Assembly (NCBI GenBank): GCA_024637305.1
Contig: JAGXFI010000065.1
Span: 14,195-78,194, forward strand
DNA: 64,000 nt
DNA from: Sulfitobacter sp.
Lineage (GTDB): Bacteria > Pseudomonadota > Alphaproteobacteria > Rhodobacterales > Rhodobacteraceae
Reading direction: 5' to 3'
The position numbers were made by a program, and so were the translations under genes. Every line of letters starts with the position of its first letter. Within the stretch, counting starts at the first letter, position 1. The notes beneath the pieces are model-generated. The model saw only the letters and a list, made by a program, of their open reading frames with translations. It was not told the DNA's origin and made no database searches. This document shows, one piece after another, positions 20,065 to 29,653 of the stretch.

Positions 20065-21201
20065 TTATTTGCCGTAGCTGGCAAGATCGACCTTCGAGAA
20101 AATCTCGGTCTTGAAAATCTGCGCCAGTTCCGCGCCGCTGGAGACATCCTTGGTCAGGTCGGTCCACTTGCCCAGCAGCTCGGTCAGGGCCTCAGCCGCC
20201 TCGGCCCCTTTGGAGATGCCGAACCGCTCTTGATAGATGCTGGCAATCGCATCCTTGTCGGCGGCGATGAATTCAAGGTTTAGCGCGACGATATCGTCGG
20301 GCGCGGGGCCGTATTCGATCCCCATGTCGGGGGCGCGTTCACGACCTGCACGGCCTTCTTCGACATAGACCCAGGCGATATCGGCAGCCAGCTTGGCATG
20401 GGCGCGCAACATGGCACTCTTGTTGGCATCCGACAGGCTGTTCCAGCTGTCCTTGTTCATCGTGAAGGGCACGTTGAACTGTGCGCCGGGCGCGCCGACA
20501 TAGACGTATTTGACCACGTCGATGAAGCCGAAGTTCACGAAATCGGCAGTGTTCGACATGGTGCAATCGACAACGCCCTGATTAAGACCTTCGAGCGTTT
20601 CGTTGATCGACATCGACACCGGCGTCGCGCCTACCGCCTCTGCCCAACGCGCCCAGTAGGCACCGGCAGCCCGGATGCGCTTGCCTTGCAGATCCGCCGC
20701 CGACGTTAGCGGCACGGCGCATTGCAATACGTAAGAGGTGGTCGAGGCCGCGCCGAGATACACTTGGTTCTGCGCCGACATTTCATCTATGCAGGCGGGG
20801 CAGTCATTCATCACGTATTCCATGATCGCCCCGGTAAACGCCAAGCTGCTAAGCTCGCCTGAGAACTCTTCCAGCTCGACCAGTTCCGAGAATTCGGCCA
20901 GCATGTTCAAGGTTGGAAATTCCGACGGGAAGTAAGCCAGCAGATTGCCCGCAACATCAGCGATGCCATCGCGCAGACCTGCGTTTATCTCGGAAAAGCT
21001 CAGCAGCGACAGCGGAAACACGCGAATGCTGATGTCGCCATTGCTATATTCGGCGGCGGCCTTGGCGTAATCCTCAATTTTCGCGGTGGGTGCCGAATTG
21101 GGCGGCCAGCCTCCGGCGAAGCTCAGATCGGCGGCATTGGCCGCACCGGCAAACGCCAGCATGGATGCGCCGGCAGCCAAGGCTTTGAAAGTCTTTGTCA
21201 T
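20065..21201 (-). CDS. dctP: TRAP substrate-binding protein (second copy)
   Basis: Signal peptide, DLQGKRIRAAG, EGLNQGVVD. Confidence 0.9.
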   Translation of the reverse strand: MTKTFKALAAGASMLAFAGAANAADLSFAGGWPPNSAPTAKIEDYAKAAAEYSNGDISIRVFPLSLLSFSEINAGLRDGIADVAGNLLAYFPSEFPTLNMLAEFSELVELEEFSGELSSLAFTGAIMEYVMNDCPACIDEMSAQNQVYLGAASTTSYVLQCAVPLTSAADLQGKRIRAAGAYWARWAEAVGATPVSMSINETLEGLNQGVVDCTMSNTADFVNFGFIDVVKYVYVGAPGAQFNVPFTMNKDSWNSLSDANKSAMLRAHAKLAADIAWVYVEEGRAGRERAPDMGIEYGPAPDDIVALNLEFIAADKDAIASIYQERFGISKGAEAAEALTELLGKWTDLTKDVSSGAELAQIFKTEIFSKVDLASYGK

Positions 21202-21324
21202 GGTTGTAGTCCTCCCGTTTTAACATATTTATCTCTTTCCCACCCCGCCGCAGGTGACAGGGCCGTCGTCTCATCTGCCATGGCTAGACCTTGGCACATC
21301 CCCCTATTTGACACCAAGGGTCGA

Positions 21325-22101
21325 TCATCTGTGAAACCGCGCGACTCTTTTTTCGTGAAATGCGGCCAGACCTTCGGCAAAATCGGGCGTCTCCCCCGCC
21401 TGTTTCTGCAACTGTCGTTCGGTTTCCAGCGCCGTGGCGAAATCGCTGTCGGCGGCGCTCCACGCTGCTTTGCGGATCAAAGAGTAACTGTGACTTGGCC
21501 CTTCGGCCAGCTTTTCAGCAATGCTGAGCGCGGTTTCTTCCACAGCGTCATCTTCGGTCAGCCGCGTGATCAGGCCCCAGTCATGGGCCTGAGGTGCGGG
21601 GATCTTTTCGGCCAGCAGCATCATTTCCATCGCCCGCACCCGGCCTACCGCGCGGGTCAGCAACCACGTCGCCCCGCCATCCGGGACGAGGCCGATGCGC
21701 GCGAAGGCCTCAAGAAAATAGGCGCTTTTGCCCGCCACGATAATGTCACAGGCCAGCGCGAGCGACGCGTCCACACCCGCCGCCGCCCCGCGCACGGCTG
21801 AAATCAACGGCACCGGCAGATCGCGGATCGTGTGCATCAACGGGTTGTAATCCTGTTCCAGCGTCAGGCCAACATCGAACCCGGACACACCCGCAGGCAT
21901 CGCGTCCTTGAGGTTGGCCCCAGAGGAAAACGCACGCGCGCTGCCCGCCAGAACGATGGCACGGGCAGTTTTCGCCTCCGAGCGCAGCGCAGCGTGCAGA
22001 TCATGCGCCATCCGGGGCGTCATCGCGTTCATCGTCGCGGGATCATTCAGGCGCAGGGTGGTCACGGCACCCGTGCGCTCGATCACGATAGGATCGGTCA
22101 T
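21325..22101 (-). CDS. Enoyl-CoA hydratase/isomerase (PaaG-like crotonase)
   Basis: AFSSGANL, FARIGLVPDGG, DFAEGLAAFHEKR. Confidence 0.85.
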   Translation of the reverse strand: MTDPIVIERTGAVTTLRLNDPATMNAMTPRMAHDLHAALRSEAKTARAIVLAGSARAFSSGANLKDAMPAGVSGFDVGLTLEQDYNPLMHTIRDLPVPLISAVRGAAAGVDASLALACDIIVAGKSAYFLEAFARIGLVPDGGATWLLTRAVGRVRAMEMMLLAEKIPAPQAHDWGLITRLTEDDAVEETALSIAEKLAEGPSHSYSLIRKAAWSAADSDFATALETERQLQKQAGETPDFAEGLAAFHEKRVARFHR

Positions 22102-22988
22102 TGCTTGTCTCCTCCGGTCCAGCCCGGGTCAGTCCACCATGGGAAAAACCCGGGCATGTCGCGCGACACCTTGTCAGTAAAAGCGGGTGGGCGTTTTTCC
22201 ATGAAACTGGCCACGCCCTCGGTCACGTCGGCCATGGAACTGCGCGCGGCAATGGCGCGGCTGTCGACACGGTGCGCCTGCATCGGATGATCCGCCCCGG
22301 CCATGCGCCACATCATCTGCCGCGTCAGTGCGACGGACACAGGTGCGGCGTTGTCGGCAATCTCATGCGCCAGTGCCTGCGCCGCATCCAGCAGATCGCC
22401 CGGTGCGTGAACCGACCGCACCAAACCGCCTGCCCGCGCTTCATCCGCGCCGAACACACGGCCGGTATAGCACCATTCCAGTGCCTGGCTCATGCCGACA
22501 AGGCGCGGCAGAAACCAGCTTGATGCCGCCTCGGGCACGATACCACGGCGCGCAAATACAAAACCGAACCGCGCATTGTCAGATGCGATCCGAAAATCCA
22601 TCGGCAATTGCATCGTGACCCCGATGCCCACCGCAGGCCCGTTGACCGCTGCAATCACGGGTTTGAGGCAGTTGAACAGGCGCAGCGCAAGAATGCCGCC
22701 CATGTCGCGGTTGGCCGGATCGTCCCAGACACCCGCATCGGTCGAGGCAGGATCGACCTTGGCCGTGGTAAAGGCGTTGGGATCTTCCAGATCGACGCCC
22801 GCGCAAAACCCACGCCCTGCCCCGGTGACGATGATCGCGCGCACGTCGTCATCGGCATCGGCGGCATCCAGCGCCGCCAGCATGTCGTCAAGCATGACCT
22901 GGGTAAAAGCATTCAGCCGCTCGGGCCGGTTGAGCGTCAAGGTCATGACGCCGTTCGCCACTTCGGTCGTGATCGTCTGGTAGGTCAT
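22098..22988 (-). CDS. Enoyl-CoA hydratase (crotonase)
   Basis: LNRPERLNAF, FCAGVDL, FARRGIVPEAASSWFLPR; start at MTYQ overlaps the upstream stop. Confidence 0.9.
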   Translation of the reverse strand: MTYQTITTEVANGVMTLTLNRPERLNAFTQVMLDDMLAALDAADADDDVRAIIVTGAGRGFCAGVDLEDPNAFTTAKVDPASTDAGVWDDPANRDMGGILALRLFNCLKPVIAAVNGPAVGIGVTMQLPMDFRIASDNARFGFVFARRGIVPEAASSWFLPRLVGMSQALEWCYTGRVFGADEARAGGLVRSVHAPGDLLDAAQALAHEIADNAAPVSVALTRQMMWRMAGADHPMQAHRVDSRAIAARSSMADVTEGVASFMEKRPPAFTDKVSRDMPGFFPWWTDPGWTGGDKQ

Positions 22989-23746
22989 GTTTGCCGCTCC
23001 GTCTGGCCGGACAAGGCACGCGCGTTCAACGCGATCTCGTCTTCCAGCCCGGCGATCTGCGCGCCACGCCAAAAATCTTCGATATGCATACGCGCCCATT
23101 TCTCGGCCCGATCGGCATCGCGGTCGCGCAGCGCTGCGATGATGTTCGAATGCGCCTCGATCTGGCGCTTGTAGAATTTTGGTGCAAAGGGCGCGATCTG
23201 GGCAAAGCCGCGAAACAGCAGAAGGGAAATCGGTTCGCGCGCCAGCCCCAGTACGCGATTGCGGGCCATATCCCCGATCTGGGTATGAAACTGCTGATCC
23301 AGCTCGATCGTGCGCGCCATTTTCCCTTCCGCGGCCAGAAGATCGGCATGCACCTGCTGCAACGCCTCGATCTCGTCTGCCGTGGCGCGCTGCGCGGCGA
23401 TACGCGCAGCCAGCGGCTCGGTGACCATCGTCACCTCCCACAGTTCGCGGAATGTCACTTTCATCAGCGCCATCGCCCGGCCTGCACGGGTGGTCAACTG
23501 ATCGGCCTGCGGCACCGTCACCTCCATCCGGCGGGGTGAAGGGCGATGCACCAGACCGTCGCTTTCCAACTGCCGCAGCCCTTCGCGCACGGTGGAGCGC
23601 GTAACACCGAACAGCGTGCCCAACTCGGCCTCGCCGGGCAGTTGATCGCCCGGCTTCAGCTCGCCGCGAAGGATCTGCGCCTCGATCTCTTCAGCGATCT
23701 GCTGATAGGCGTAGCTGACCTGAATTGGCTTGGATGTCAGACCCAC
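22985..23746 (-). CDS. GntR/FadR family regulator
   Basis: LPGEAELGTLFGVTRSTVREGL HTH plus FCD domain; start uncertain (GTG 23746). Confidence 0.85.
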   Translation of the reverse strand: MGLTSKPIQVSYAYQQIAEEIEAQILRGELKPGDQLPGEAELGTLFGVTRSTVREGLRQLESDGLVHRPSPRRMEVTVPQADQLTTRAGRAMALMKVTFRELWEVTMVTEPLAARIAAQRATADEIEALQQVHADLLAAEGKMARTIELDQQFHTQIGDMARNRVLGLAREPISLLLFRGFAQIAPFAPKFYKRQIEAHSNIIAALRDRDADRAEKWARMHIEDFWRGAQIAGLEDEIALNARALSGQTERQT

Positions 23747-23846
23747 ACCACCCCCCGGCCAAAAGGCAAGCCCCCCGAGAGCGCCACAGGCATCGGACAA
23801 TCTGGGTTGGATGGAACGTGACAGATCATCTATCAGGGCCTCGTTA

Positions 23847-24108
23847 TCGTCCGACATTAGTGAATGTTGATCTTGATTCCATGGTTCTGTCAACCGCCGA
23901 ACCATGGGGATTTTGGTACCGCTTTGATGTCCTGAAAAATCAGCATTGGCGGTGCATCTGAAAGCGGGATCCGTTAAATCTAATATTTCGCAATATCTTA
24001 AACACCACGGCAGCACGTATCCGGCTCGACCACACGGACCGACCGGGCTGATTCACCTGAAAGCGATTGACCGGTGCCTGAAAGGCTCTTATGCCTGATT
24101 GTCGGACA
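23847..24108. promoter_or_regulatory. Repeated FadR-type operator TGTCGGAC(A)
   Basis: TCGTCCGACA at 23847-23856 (reverse orientation) and TGTCGGACA at 24100-24108; partial TCGGACAA at 23793-23800. Confidence 0.5.
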
Positions 24109-24129
24109 CTAGAACAAAGTGGATTTTCC

Positions 24130-25140
24130 ATGGTCCAGACCCCGGATTTTGATCCAACCTTGCTGGAGCCTGTTCTGGGCGGGCCAGTCCAACTGTCCCC
24201 GGTCAGCGTCGGCCAATCCAATCCCACGTGGTTTGTGTCCTGCAATGGCCGCGACTTGGTCCTGCGGAAGAAGCCCCTTGGCGCAACGGTCGACAGCGCT
24301 CATGCCATCGACCGCGAATACCGCGTGATCGCCGCGCTGCAAGACAGCCCCGTGCCGGTTCCCAAGCTGATCCTGTTCGAACCCGACCCAGCCGTTATCG
24401 GCACGCCGTTTTACCTGATGGAGCGGATCGCGGGCACGGTGTCAGAAGCCACCGACCTGCCGAGCCTGACACCAGACGAACGCCGCGCGGTCCATCTGGA
24501 TGCCGCACATATTCTGGCCAATCTCCACACTCAGGACATTCAGGCGCTTGGATTACAGGACTTCGGCCGCCCTTCAGGCTACTACGAACGGCAGGTCAGA
24601 CGCTGGCGTAGCCAGTGGCAGGCGCTTGAGCCGCGCGAGGATGCAACGCTCGACGCGCTTGGCGACTGGTTCGCGGCAAATCTCCCGCCCGAAAACCCCA
24701 CGACTATCGTGCATGGCGACTACCGCATCGGCAATGTGATCCATGCCCGCGATCCGGCGCGCATCGCGGGTGTACTCGACTGGGAGCTGTCGACGCTGGG
24801 GGATCCGCTGGCCGATCTGGCGCATTGGTCGATGTTTTACGGTCTGCGCCCTTACCAGATGGGCGGGCTGGCCGGGCTGGACCTGCCCGCGCTTGGTCTG
24901 CCCGACCAGGCCGAATTTATTGCGGCCTATCATGCGGCAGGCGGCTGCCCGGCCCCTTTGGGCGTGTTTCATCGCGCCTTTGCCCTATTCCGCATGGCTG
25001 TGATCTGCGAAGGCATCACTGCCCGCGCTGACGCCGGACATGCTGCCAATGCAGACGCACGTTCGATTGGCGCTCTTGCCCCCGGCTTTGCCCGGCTGGC
25101 CGATGCTCTGCTGTCTTCTGATAAATCCGATACCCCCTGA
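24130..25140 (+). CDS. APH-family phosphotransferase (ACAD10/11 kinase domain / LvaA-like)
   Basis: GQSNPTW, LRKKP, AHAIDREY, HGDYRIGN, LDWELSTLGDP. Confidence 0.9.
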   Translation: MVQTPDFDPTLLEPVLGGPVQLSPVSVGQSNPTWFVSCNGRDLVLRKKPLGATVDSAHAIDREYRVIAALQDSPVPVPKLILFEPDPAVIGTPFYLMERIAGTVSEATDLPSLTPDERRAVHLDAAHILANLHTQDIQALGLQDFGRPSGYYERQVRRWRSQWQALEPREDATLDALGDWFAANLPPENPTTIVHGDYRIGNVIHARDPARIAGVLDWELSTLGDPLADLAHWSMFYGLRPYQMGGLAGLDLPALGLPDQAEFIAAYHAAGGCPAPLGVFHRAFALFRMAVICEGITARADAGHAANADARSIGALAPGFARLADALLSSDKSDTP

Positions 25141-25151
25141 AGGAGCCCGAT

Positions 25152-26405
25152 ATGGATTTCGCCTATTCCGACAAGACCAAGGCCCTGCTGACCGATGTGC
25201 AAGGTTTCATGGACACGCATGTGCTGCCCGCCAACCGGCGGTTTCACGAGATCGCCCATACCGGTGCCTACCCGACCGAGGTGATCGAACCACTGAAATC
25301 CAAGGCGTTTCAGGCCGGACTGTGGAACATGTTCTCACCCGAGCTGGAAGATCACCACCCCGGCACGCGTCTGACCAATCTGGAATACGCACCTCTGGCC
25401 GAGGCGATGGGCCGCGTGCCCTGGAGCCCCGAGGTGTTCAACTGCAACGCGCCCGACACCGGCAACATGGAAATCCTGATGCAATTCGGCACGCCCGAGC
25501 AGAAAGAGCGGTATCTTGATCCGCTGCTGCTCGGTGAGCTGCGCTCGGTCGTGGGGTTGACCGAACCCGATGCCGCATCGTCCGACCTGACCAACCTTGC
25601 CACCACGATCCGGCGCGAGGGCGATGAATACGTCATCAACGGGCGCAAATGGTTCTCGACCGGGGCAAAGCACCCCAATGCGAACCTGTGCATCGTGTTC
25701 GGCGTGTCCGATCCGTCGCCTGATGCCGACCGGCACCGCAAACATTCGTTTATTCTGGTGCCGATGGACACGCCCGGGTTCGAGGTCGTGCGCGACGTGC
25801 CGATCATGCATCACCACGCCCCCGAGGGCCATTGCGAGATCTTGATGCGAAACGTGCGCGTGCCGGTCGATGCGATGCTGGGCAACGAGGGCGACGGCTT
25901 CATGCTGGCGCAGGCGCGGCTGGGGCCGGGGCGCATCCATCACTGCATGCGCACCATCGGGCAATGCGAACTCGCATTGGAACTGATGTGCGAACGAGGG
26001 CTGGAACGCCAGACTTTTGGCAAGCCGCTTGCTGAAAATGCCAACATTCAGGACTGGATCGCCCAATCTCGGATCGAAATTGACGCCGCCCGCCTGCTGA
26101 TGCTGCAAACCGCGTGGAAGATGGACCAGAACGGCGCGCGCGCGGCGCGGGTGGATGTGTCCGCGATCAAGGTGATGGCCGCGCGGCTGCAAACCACGGT
26201 GGTGGACCGCGCCATGCAGGTGTTTGGCGCAGCAGGGATCACCCCCGATACGCCGCTCAGCTACCTTTGGACATGGGGCCGCGCGATGCGGTTTCTGGAT
26301 GGCCCCGACGAGGTGCACCTGAAGGTGATCGCACGCGAGGAACTGAAAAAGGCCAAGGGGGCTCTGGGCCGGAACCTGGCGCATTTCGTTCCGCCCATAC
26401 GCTGA
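25152..26405 (+). CDS. Acyl-CoA dehydrogenase (ACAD10/11 / LvaC-like)
   Basis: FNCNAPDTGNME, RLGPGRIHHCMR, DGPDEVH. Confidence 0.92.
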   Translation: MDFAYSDKTKALLTDVQGFMDTHVLPANRRFHEIAHTGAYPTEVIEPLKSKAFQAGLWNMFSPELEDHHPGTRLTNLEYAPLAEAMGRVPWSPEVFNCNAPDTGNMEILMQFGTPEQKERYLDPLLLGELRSVVGLTEPDAASSDLTNLATTIRREGDEYVINGRKWFSTGAKHPNANLCIVFGVSDPSPDADRHRKHSFILVPMDTPGFEVVRDVPIMHHHAPEGHCEILMRNVRVPVDAMLGNEGDGFMLAQARLGPGRIHHCMRTIGQCELALELMCERGLERQTFGKPLAENANIQDWIAQSRIEIDAARLLMLQTAWKMDQNGARAARVDVSAIKVMAARLQTTVVDRAMQVFGAAGITPDTPLSYLWTWGRAMRFLDGPDEVHLKVIAREELKKAKGALGRNLAHFVPPIR

Positions 26406-26499
26406 TCGCGCGGCCCTATAGGCAGGAAGGCTCTCTGGCCTTCGACCCGATACCGGCAACTGCCAAGGGTCATGAGCGCCGGCGGGGGCCGTGCCATTG

Positions 26500-27336
26500 T
26501 CATTCGGCCCCCGCAAAGCGGATCTGCGACACGTTTGCGATGAAGAACGGGAAATAGTCCTCAGTGCCGAACATGTTACCCGCCTCCACATGGAACGGAA
26601 GGCGGTAGCCGCTGACCTGGCGGAAGTCGGACATGGTCGCCCCGAAGGGCTGCAGGCGGTGAACCTTGTCAGGATTCGCATTGCTCCAACGCTGAAAGGA
26701 AGCCACCACAGGCCGCCCCTCGGGATCGACCGTGACATCAACTGACTGCGTCAAGTCTCCATAGCGGACCGTCACGCGAGCAGTGTCATCTCCGACGCCC
26801 TCCCATGAAATGCCCGCCCGGGGCAGGAGCGCGGCAGGTGCCCAGATCACGGCCTCGCCCGCGTATCGCCCAAAAGCCGAGCGCGTATGATCGGGGTCGC
26901 CCCCCAGGCGCGCGACCGGGATCAACCCCAGGATGCGAAATCGGGTCCAGGATCCGCTATCGGATCCCGAAACCGGCATTCCTCCGCGGGTTCTCATCGC
27001 CCAGACGAAACCATGAGGCACAGCGAGGATCTGGCGGGCCTGCATTGGCTGATAGGCCGGGTTGTCCTTGATTCCGAGGCTGAATTGCCCGGTCATCTCG
27101 ATCTCGGTTATCGGCAACAATGGTGTGCCGGGCTGAATTGCGAACGTGAAATAGCGGCGTGCAGGTTCAGGCAGGTCGGCGACCATCTCGGGGTTGAAAC
27201 GAACCGGATCGGTTGGTTGCAGTGCCGCAAGCCTGTTCCATTCGGCACGATCAGCGCGTCGGTCCAATACAAGCAGCAAAGCCAACGCCAATAGACCGAG
27301 CGCCAGCACAAGCGTACTAACAATAAGGAATTTCAT
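26500..27336 (-). CDS. DUF6544-like membrane-anchored protein
   Basis: N-terminal TM, LPEPARRYFTFA, WAPAALLP, C-terminal beta-rich region. Confidence 0.75.
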   Translation of the reverse strand: MKFLIVSTLVLALGLLALALLLVLDRRADRAEWNRLAALQPTDPVRFNPEMVADLPEPARRYFTFAIQPGTPLLPITEIEMTGQFSLGIKDNPAYQPMQARQILAVPHGFVWAMRTRGGMPVSGSDSGSWTRFRILGLIPVARLGGDPDHTRSAFGRYAGEAVIWAPAALLPRAGISWEGVGDDTARVTVRYGDLTQSVDVTVDPEGRPVVASFQRWSNANPDKVHRLQPFGATMSDFRQVSGYRLPFHVEAGNMFGTEDYFPFFIANVSQIRFAGAE

Positions 27337-27378
27337 CTAAACGATCCATGTTCGCAAGCTCCGCGTTCGCCCATCCAT

Positions 27379-28044
27379 TCAGGCCCCGAAGAACATAAAA
27401 GCAAGCGGGACCGGGGACACGGCGGCGGCGATTGTGAAAAGGGTCGGAACCGGCGCAAAGATCCCGCTGAGACCCGCCATCAGCATGATCCCGCCGCCGC
27501 CGCCTATGACCGCGTTGCCGGGAATGTTCACCGACAGAGCCAGCGCGATGTAGCGATGGCGCAATGCCAGCGCCACCGTGCGGGGTGGTGCGCCGTCCAG
27601 AAGCATCGCCAGCCGCTCCTCGCGTGCCAGCGGGGCGGCGCGTGCCACCAGATCGGCAGCCCGGCGCATGCGCAAAAAGGACAAAAGCCTTTCGAGGACG
27701 GTGATCGGCAGCAAACGGCCCACGCAATAGGCCAGCATCATCGACACCACGGTCGCAGCATAGATCAGGGGGGCGATGGCCGCGCCGAAGGCGGTCAACA
27801 TCGCGATCCCGATTTCGGCACCGGGCACAAAGGGCAACGCCAGTAGACCGACATAGGCGCCGGACCCCAGCATGATCGCCCGATGGACCTGACGTTCGCT
27901 GGCCGGCATGATCGTGAGGTCAAACGTATCGCGGATCAGATGCGCGGCCCAGGTCGCCAGCACCACAATGCCAATCAGCACGACGATGCGCAGCGCAATG
28001 GTCAGAAGGTCCGGGCCGGAGGGGGGACGCTGCGCGCCGTTCAC
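27379..28044 (-). CDS. Membrane protein (VTT/SNARE-associated-like hypothetical)
   Basis: Several TM helices, LPFVPGAEIG, NIPGNAVIGGGGG; GTG start overlaps the upstream stop. Confidence 0.7.
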   Translation of the reverse strand: MNGAQRPPSGPDLLTIALRIVVLIGIVVLATWAAHLIRDTFDLTIMPASERQVHRAIMLGSGAYVGLLALPFVPGAEIGIAMLTAFGAAIAPLIYAATVVSMMLAYCVGRLLPITVLERLLSFLRMRRAADLVARAAPLAREERLAMLLDGAPPRTVALALRHRYIALALSVNIPGNAVIGGGGGIMLMAGLSGIFAPVPTLFTIAAAVSPVPLAFMFFGA

Positions 28045-28526
28045 CCGCTGGCCGCCCCGCCCGCGAGCGGCGTCGGGGTGCCTTCTCCAACTGCGTTGAT
28101 CTGATGCGTCCAATACCAGCGCCGGGTTGTCCATGTCCCCTCGAACTGCACCTCATCCCCGGTGACGATGCCGTACCAGACAACGGTGAACGGCGCGTCA
28201 TGGCATCGGGTGGTAGCGGTGAAATGGATTTTCTCGCCCTCGGTGAAGGTCCGGTATCCGTTCCAGCCGAAGTCGCAGGCCAGCTGACAGCGCGACGATT
28301 TGAACTGACCGTCAACGAAGGAAAACACGCTTTCCGGCATCCCTGCCCCAGTCTCCCGGACAGTTCCCGTCATGTGAAACGCCCGCCCATCAAGCGCGGA
28401 GCCGTCCTCCCACGGACCGGCGGGCACCGCGAAATCGGGGATATCGCGGTTCAGGGCCGTGACCGCCACAGCGCCGGCTCCGAGGACGGCGATAGCGATC
28501 GCGGCGGTCTGCAGGATGATGGTCAT
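28041..28526 (-). CDS. Exported hypothetical protein
   Basis: N-terminal signal/TM, C-x3-C, TRRWYWT motif; AAGGGA RBS. Confidence 0.7.
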   Translation of the reverse strand: MTIILQTAAIAIAVLGAGAVAVTALNRDIPDFAVPAGPWEDGSALDGRAFHMTGTVRETGAGMPESVFSFVDGQFKSSRCQLACDFGWNGYRTFTEGEKIHFTATTRCHDAPFTVVWYGIVTGDEVQFEGTWTTRRWYWTHQINAVGEGTPTPLAGGAASG

Positions 28527-28756
28527 GGCGTTTTCCCTTTCAAACCTTGTGAAATCATGACAGTTACTCCGTCTCGGCGATACAGGCATCAACCGCAAAA
28601 CGTTGATTACTCAACCCCAGCGCGCCGTCCGCATCAAGTGGCCACGCCGTTTCGGGCATGTCCACGCAAAGCTTGACCCTCTTTCGGCTCGCGTAGCAAG
28701 ACCGCCGCGATGCACCCTGCCGCTGACCGCTTGCTGTGGTGACGGTCGCTCCATCC

Positions 28757-29632
28757 TCAGCCACGGCCTGCATCGCCCCATTCAAGCCAGGCGCGTTCCC
28801 CTGCCGGCAGTGCAGCGTCCATCATGGCATCGTATGCTGCAAGGTCGTCGTCGCTCAGCACACCCTCCCACTTTCGAGAGGTCGCGCTGTCAAAGAAACC
28901 CGCGTCGGCCTTCCAGAATCCCTGTCCGGCTGACGGCGTGAACCGGGCCGCGTTGGCCTTCATGTTGTCGAAGGTCGCAGCTTGGGCGATCGCGGCCATG
29001 ACATCGGGCGAAACGCTTGTACCCACATGTTCGGCCACCTTCGCCACTGCACCGGGCAGGTCGCGCAGCATGTCGGAATAGTGCAGGCGGATCAGGTTCT
29101 CGCGCGGCGCGCGCGCCAGTGTGCAGCGGTAATGGTCGAGCAGCGGTTTCAGGCCGCGATGATCTACCGTCTCGTTCAGGAAGTCCCGAAAGCTCTCCGA
29201 CGGATTGTCCGGCAAGGCAGCCTGCCCCATATCGCGGGCCATGTTGGCCAGGTGTTTGCGATAGGAGAAATGCACGTCGATCGGGTGCCGGTAGACGGTG
29301 ACGTAACGCACCTCGGACCAGTAGGGAATGCCGTCAAAGGGCGTGTGCGTCTTGACCTGCCGCCGGTGCGCCTGCGCCTCAAGCCGGGCCATGACCTCGC
29401 CGAGGTCGCGAATGTTGATGTCGATCCAGGGCGATCTCATCGAGGTCTGGGCATCCACCTCCGGGTCGCCCGCGATGAGCATGGCAAGAATGCCTTGCAT
29501 CCAGGTCGTGCCCGATTTCGGGGGAGTGGATACAACGATGTCACCCGCTCGCGCCACGAAGGCCGCCCAGCGGGTGCTGTCGGTGATGGCATCGGTGTAG
29601 GTGCGGCGGGCTGGTTCTGGGTTGGCGGTCAT
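28757..29632 (-). CDS. Sulfotransferase (aryl-sulfotransferase type)
   Basis: PAPS-binding STPPKSGTTW, KTHTP, YRHPIDVHFS. Confidence 0.88.
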   Translation of the reverse strand: MTANPEPARRTYTDAITDSTRWAAFVARAGDIVVSTPPKSGTTWMQGILAMLIAGDPEVDAQTSMRSPWIDINIRDLGEVMARLEAQAHRRQVKTHTPFDGIPYWSEVRYVTVYRHPIDVHFSYRKHLANMARDMGQAALPDNPSESFRDFLNETVDHRGLKPLLDHYRCTLARAPRENLIRLHYSDMLRDLPGAVAKVAEHVGTSVSPDVMAAIAQAATFDNMKANAARFTPSAGQGFWKADAGFFDSATSRKWEGVLSDDDLAAYDAMMDAALPAGERAWLEWGDAGRG

Positions 29633-29653
29633 TCGTGGCTCCTTATTGTGGCG

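Noticed and set aside
22989..23441. Long N-terminal extension of the crotonase (447-aa ORF), suggesting a fusion
   Set aside because: It overlaps the GntR gene in another frame; the real start MTYQ overlaps the GntR stop.
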